DNA from: Yuukianura sp. NJ FZ-2021
Taxonomy: Eukaryota
Direction of reading: 5' to 3'
NCBI GenBank assembly: GCA_046563655.1
Contig: CM102284.1
Coordinates: 868,001 to 932,000, forward strand
Length of the DNA stretch: 64,000 nt
This document shows positions 58,495 through 64,000 of the stretch, one piece after another. The first letter of the stretch is position 1. Every line of letters starts with the position of its first letter. Under the pieces are notes generated by a model that searched no databases, was not told the origin of the DNA, and was given only the letters and a program-made list of their open reading frames with translations. Both the position numbers and the translations under genes were made by a program.

Positions 58495-61400
58495 TTAAGC
58501 AGGAGTTTGAGTCGGCGGAGGAGGAAGTTGTGGTTGCGGGGGTTGGGCTGACGCTGCTGCTGCCATGGCTGCTTGGACAACTGGCGCAGTGTTGCTGAAG
58601 GTTCCTTCACTTCCAGCCTGTTGTGGGTTCTGTTGTTGCTGCTGCTCGGCAAGCAGTCGCTGCTGAGCGTTGTATCGAGCCCGGATCTCCGCTGCTCTCA
58701 GCTGTTCCAAATGAAACTGCTGGCGCTCAGCTATGAGTTGCTGACGCTGATACTCCAGTGCTTCCCGTTCTCTGTCCATAATCGTCTCCAGTTCCTCGAA
58801 ATGTCTCAGCTTAATTTCCAGTTTCTAGATTAACGTATAACCAATTAGTTACTTCCTTAAACCTGAGAGTATCCAATTACTAATTCAAAGTTCCTTACCT
58901 TCATCTGCGTCTCAACAAGAAGGGCTACGAGACTCTTGATTTTGCGCTCTTCAACAGCAGCAAGATGCTTGGCTTTCACTGCTGCTGAAGACAGACAAGT
59001 CGCTGCAGCCGCTTGCAAAGTCGAATCCAGTGCCAATCGCTCCTCCTCCGTCAACGGTTTTCCATCTTCATCAAGTTCCATCTTCATCCTGACGTCCACT
59101 GCACTATTTTCTCCGTCCACCTCCATTTTCTCTGAACTTTGATCATCTCTTCTCTGTTCTCCGTTTGTCCCCTCCTTCTTCTCTTCCTTCGTCTTCTCCC
59201 CATCTTCACTTCTTTTCTCCTCTTTTTCATTGGTTGTTCCAGCGATTCCCGACGCTGCCAATCCAAACGCTGGATCTCTCTTGCCCGTCTCCAGTGCATT
59301 TTGCTTCACTCCCTTCAAATGAGAATCCAGAAGTGAAGTTGGAACTTGATCCTTGATCTTGCCAAATTCTTCCATAGCGGCTTTTGCCGCCACTGATGCA
59401 ATTCGTGGATCCACAACCGACGACAGAAACGCAACAGTCGACATGATCGGATTTCCCGACTTTGAGAATGGAATCGGCTGAAAAGCTAAGGGTCCCAGAG
59501 CTCCACCGCCTATAAATCGGTAAATCGAAATAAAAATCGAATTGATTAATTACTCAATTACTGAGTCAATTACCGGAAGAGCTGTCATCCAAGTATGGAT
59601 CTTCTATTGGAAGACGAAGGAAGTGGAGGATACACTCTTCTTGTGTTCTTGACCCTACATGCTCACACACTTTGTTCCAGTCATCCTTGTACATTTCAAG
59701 GGCTTCCAGAAGGAGCAAAGTCTCCTCGTCTGTCCACTCGCGTATCTGGGCTCCCAAGTTTTTGTTCTTCATCACTCCACTTCTCTTGCCGTATCTAAAA
59801 AAGTAAATCATAACTGAGTTCAATTCAATTAATTAGATTAACAATTAGTTTAGTTTACATGTCGAGTTTCAGCCCCATGCTGGCTGGTGCTTCAGATTTA
59901 TCCTCCTCTTTGGAATCCAGATCCAGAACGGCCTTGGCTGCTGACGGCTGAGATACTTTCGGAGGATTTATTCCTTGCAGTCCAGAAGGTGTGTCAGCCA
60001 GAACATGAAAATGGGATGTCGGCGGTGGACCCATTGCCGTCGGGCGACTGTCACCATCAACCTAATTAGTTAATCACAATTAACATAATTAATTAACTAA
60101 AACAACAATTAATTTAAGTAACACAACTACCTGGTAGTTGACAAGACCCCACTGTTCCAGAAAAGCATGGACTCTCATAATTGCACAAACATCTCCCGCC
60201 AAATTCCTCCGACAAGCAGTACTCGTCAAGTATTCGTTCGGATTGAGTCGGTAAGTATCCAGCATGAAGTTGCGATAAGCCAAGTATATCTCCGGAGTCT
60301 TCGAGCGATTTCGTCCATTGAAGAATTCCGGTAGTGCTCTCTTCTCTACCGTATGAATCGCGTTGTAATCAAACCAAGATGAATACGAAGGAACCACAAT
60401 ATGATGAGTCTGTTCTGTCACATTGTCTTCATTTGGATCAGCTGATGGAGCTGCTTGTTCCGGGACTTCCGATTTACCCGTTTTAGTAATATCGGGCATC
60501 CTTACTTCCTCTGCTTTTTCACCACCTTCGTCATCCAAGTCTCCCAAAACGGCTCCCTTTGTAGGCTGGAAATCCGGTTCCAGTTTTTTCTTATCCACAA
60601 CTTTCGGTATAGGGACTTCAGTCAAATTGGTTTCTGGCGGAGGATCGTCAAAATCACGAGAATAGTCTTCCGCTTCTTCAACAAAAGCTTTAGATTGTGG
60701 AGTTATTTTGCCTTTTGCAGGAGTTCCAGTAGTACTGCCGCCTTTCTTGGCTCTTTTGGATGGTTTGGGTGGTGGTGATGGTGAACGTTTCTTCTTCTCC
60801 CGCGTTCCTTTCTTGCCTTTTGAAGATCCAGCACGATCTCCGGGAGTTGACACGGGCGTTTCCAAGTTGGCAACGTCGTCAAGTTCTTCAGCAGAGATTC
60901 GAAGTGGGTGGGTTTTCTTTTTTCCGTGGTCATCAACTTCATAGTCCTCTTCGTTCATCCATTCGTTGTATTGATCAAGATCTGTCAACCAATTAGCAGT
61001 GACACGCCAGAGATGGTTGCTAGGAAAACTATGCATTTGTTCTGGCGGGTCTTTGTCGATTCTGCCAAGGTCCACTTGAATCCAACTGTCCCGATTGTCG
61101 GGCAAGTAATACCTATGAGTGAAAAAAAAAATCGTTTTTAAATCGAACATTTTTTGATAAAATGGAAAAATGGTGAAAACCAACCAGTGAAGCAAGACGT
61201 AAGGCTCTTTTTTGAAAATAGGTCGAGCCACTTCCTCATCTAATGGATCAGATGATGGGTAGACAATATGAGTGGCAGAAGCTTCGTCTTCAACAATGGT
61301 TGCTTTGTGCCGCTTCCCAATTTCTTTGTATTTTGTTATCGAACTTTTGTCTTTCTCTTGACACGAAGGAGTAAAGTAAATATGGGGAAGAATCCAGCAT

Positions 61401-62052
61401 TTGGAGCTACACAGAGCCGTCTCGATGTTCAAAAACATTTCAATGATCCGTTCCACCTTATTTGGTGCCTGGAGACGAACAATATGTCAACAATGTCGGC
61501 TTAAACTTCTTATAGTTAGACTAATTTGACTTACTTGTAGATCAAACCGCCTCCATCCCTGATCGCTCTTGAACTTGTAAACGGCCCCAAGAATTTGACA
61601 TAGACCGCCTCCAGGCTTGAAGTCGACAAAAAACTTTGTCTGACAGTAATGAACAAAGGTTTTAGTTAGCATTGGATCAATGTCTGGCCAATTACTGTAG
61701 TTTATGCCTTCATTTTACCGGTATCCGAGTGATAGCTCTTTTCGAGGCATCCACTTGCTCTCCAAAATGATCTTCTTGGAACTGCCACAACTGGACGACG
61801 AGCCCACTGAGGGTTTTGTTCGTTGGCTGGTCAGCTTGAACATACTGTCCAAAAGACACTCGTTAAACTAAATTCGTTCTGAATTAAACTGAAATATAAA
61901 CTAAAAAAATTTTTACGTCGTTTCATACCTACCTTTTTAAAGTTTTTGAGGAGCCAAGTTCGCACTTGATCAAATTGAGAGAATATTTCCGGTGCGTCGT
62001 AAAACTTTGGGTTGGGTCCACCGTTGTTTTTCATCCACTGCTCAAATGCCAT
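58495..62052 (-). CDS. SMARCC2: SWI/SNF subunit SMARCC1/2 (BAF155/170; moira), ~9 exons
   Basis: [29 protein letters not shown] ([17 protein letters not shown]...[15 protein letters not shown]), SANT ([20 protein letters not shown]), and [41 protein letters not shown]. Confidence 0.97.
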
Positions 62053-62127
62053 GTTTATATGGTAGATTTAGTCCAATTCCAATGAATGCTTAACTCTTAC
62101 TGAAATTCTTGAGAAAAAGGCGCGGCA

Positions 62128-62930
62128 ATGGGTGTCCCAGACGGAGTACAATGGACAGTAAGTTTCCAGTCCAGTTACACTGTCCAAATTAACAAAGTTG
62201 AACGTTAACGTTGATGATTAACGTACACTGCTGTCACGGTTTAATAAGTTGTTTTTATCTAAATAAAAACTTTGTTTTCGGTTTCATAAACCCGACCGGA
62301 TCGATTCGGCTCACAAAATCAGCATAAGTATAAAAAGAAATGGTTGAGGTAAGGTTTAACAAGCATAATAGTTACACATTGTAGACACTGTACATATTTC
62401 AAGTGGCTTCAATAGCCGGATACAGTTTAGTGGCAACAATTCTAGCCGTTTCAACGTAACCAAAGCTACTCTAAAGTGGCAACGTAAATAGTCGCATAAG
62501 ATAGCCACCAACTGCACTTGCAAAGTGGCTAAAGAGCGAGGTCCTAATAATTATCATTATTCCTTACTGCACCAAAACATTGGAAGCGTTGATTATTAAC
62601 AAAATTGGTTGAACGCGCAACCCCACATCCTATTGTAATCACGATGCAGAAAGCCAGTTTACTTTTAGCAGCATTATGTCGTCGCACGCTCAGCAGTATC
62701 ATTTAGTACGCAGAGCTGTATTATAAGCCAATTATAACATAAGATTACTACAACTGCAGTGGAGCGCCATAATAGTTGTGAATATTGACAGTAAAACATT
62801 GATAATGTATAATATATTTATAGATTTCATATTTTATTTTTATATTTATAGGTTTTTGAAGGGCCTAGCATTGGTGGGTACAGCGTTACTCTTCCTGACG
62901 TCAACCTACAAAATCGCTAGACGGCACTAA
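62128..62930 (+). CDS. Putative 44-aa single-TM microprotein, 3 exons
   Basis: Exons 62128-62157, 62323-62348, 62852-62930 with consensus donors (ACA|GTAAGT, GAG|GTAAGG) give MGVPDGVQWTHKYKKKWLRFLKGLALVGTALLFLTSTYKIARRH. Prediction only. Confidence 0.3.
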
Positions 62931-64000
62931 CTAATCCTCGGCAACGCAGATAATGCAGAAATTTTCAACCAAGGGTGGTGTTGAGCTACGGAAGTTCCAA
63001 ATGCAAAAGCAACGGCGACGGTTGAACCCTAACTATTTTTGCAATTTCACATGCTAAAAAAATATAATGTAATAATAATGTGTAATACAACTATCATAAA
63101 CATAAAAAATAAGATGGTACTTGACTTGACTTGTACAGACTTGGTTTAAATTTTATTCCAGGTCGACAGTTATTCCAAAAATTTTCAATTTGAAAAAATT
63201 CCAAAAGTACAACATTATAATTTAGTCTTTTGGGGTGATTCGGTATTCAAATTCAAATCAATCAATGAATTCAAAAGAACCAAATTCACAGAAAAAAAAC
63301 ATCGGCTTTTTTTTTAATTCATGGCGACAACAAAATTTTAATAATTCTATTGATTTTTCAAACAAAAATTTATGCCAATCGTATTTTAAAACTGGCACAT
63401 AGTCTGTTCACTCTTTGCATGCATCATGAAAGGCGGAGTTCAACGCTTGAAATTATTAATGCTTTTATTTGAGAGACAATAGGTATTTGAATATTGCCTG
63501 ATTATGACAATTTTTTTTAAATCGAAAATTGTATAACAAATATCACGAACATCTCTCAAATTTATCACCCGTGCTTCCTCAGAACCCAAAAAACTGTTAA
63601 ACTTTGTAGTCAAGTTGACTTATAAGTTACATAAAAGCATTAAACAGAAATTTAGGAATATTTTACACCATGGATTTCAAAATTTCGTGCATTTTAGTTT
63701 ATATGACATTAGGTTGCTTAGCAACCGAGTCTCCGGTGGTTCAAAATTTATCTTTCTACATAAGTGCTTACAGGGACTGCAAAGTTATTTTATGGCTTCA
63801 CCCAATCAACAACTTGGACACAAGCATTCAACCAATCAGCGATCCCGTTTACATCAACATAGGAAGCTATAGACATCCAGTGCCAAACTGGCGGGATTTT
63901 TCAAAAATGAAACTTCCATTTTGCACCGTGTTTTTCTTTTTACTTGAATACATCAGTTTTCAAAATTTTGAAAATTCTGTACAATTGTTGGAGCACGCAA

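Overview
AT-rich, intron-containing eukaryotic DNA with GT-AG introns of about 60-900 nt. It is almost certainly an arthropod, and the gene repertoire suggests a springtail/basal hexapod (inference). The left ~55 kb is a fast-evolving accessory region. It holds four tandem 8-exon acid-lipase genes, four divergent 7-TM gustatory-receptor-like genes plus a decayed fragment, and one complete and one partial divergent ionotropic-receptor-like ORF. It also holds a secreted multi-knottin protein, a small prepropeptide resembling an amidated amphipathic peptide precursor, and a secreted coiled-coil/beta-gamma-crystallin-like protein with a pseudogenised duplicate. Further right are two putative GPI-anchored Cys proteins, three MARVEL-like 4-TM genes and an FMRFamide-receptor-like GPCR. 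Two adjacent head-to-head genes belong to families known mainly from microbes (a YneE/UPF0187 bestrophin-like channel with a fungal-looking tail, and DUF2585/UPF0314); both carry spliceosomal introns, so they are domesticated horizontal-transfer candidates. Conserved genes are DCTN4 (with an apparent frameshift near its start), a nucleoside hydrolase with altered active-site residues, bublin/UPF0184 and SMARCC/moira. Many non-autonomous elements are present (TA-flanked MITEs, P-like MITEs with 8-bp TSDs, a foldback element, Helitron/Helentron-like pieces, tRNA-derived repeats), plus 42-bp and 131-bp tandem arrays. All gene models were spliced by eye and family calls rest on motif recognition; no database search was run.
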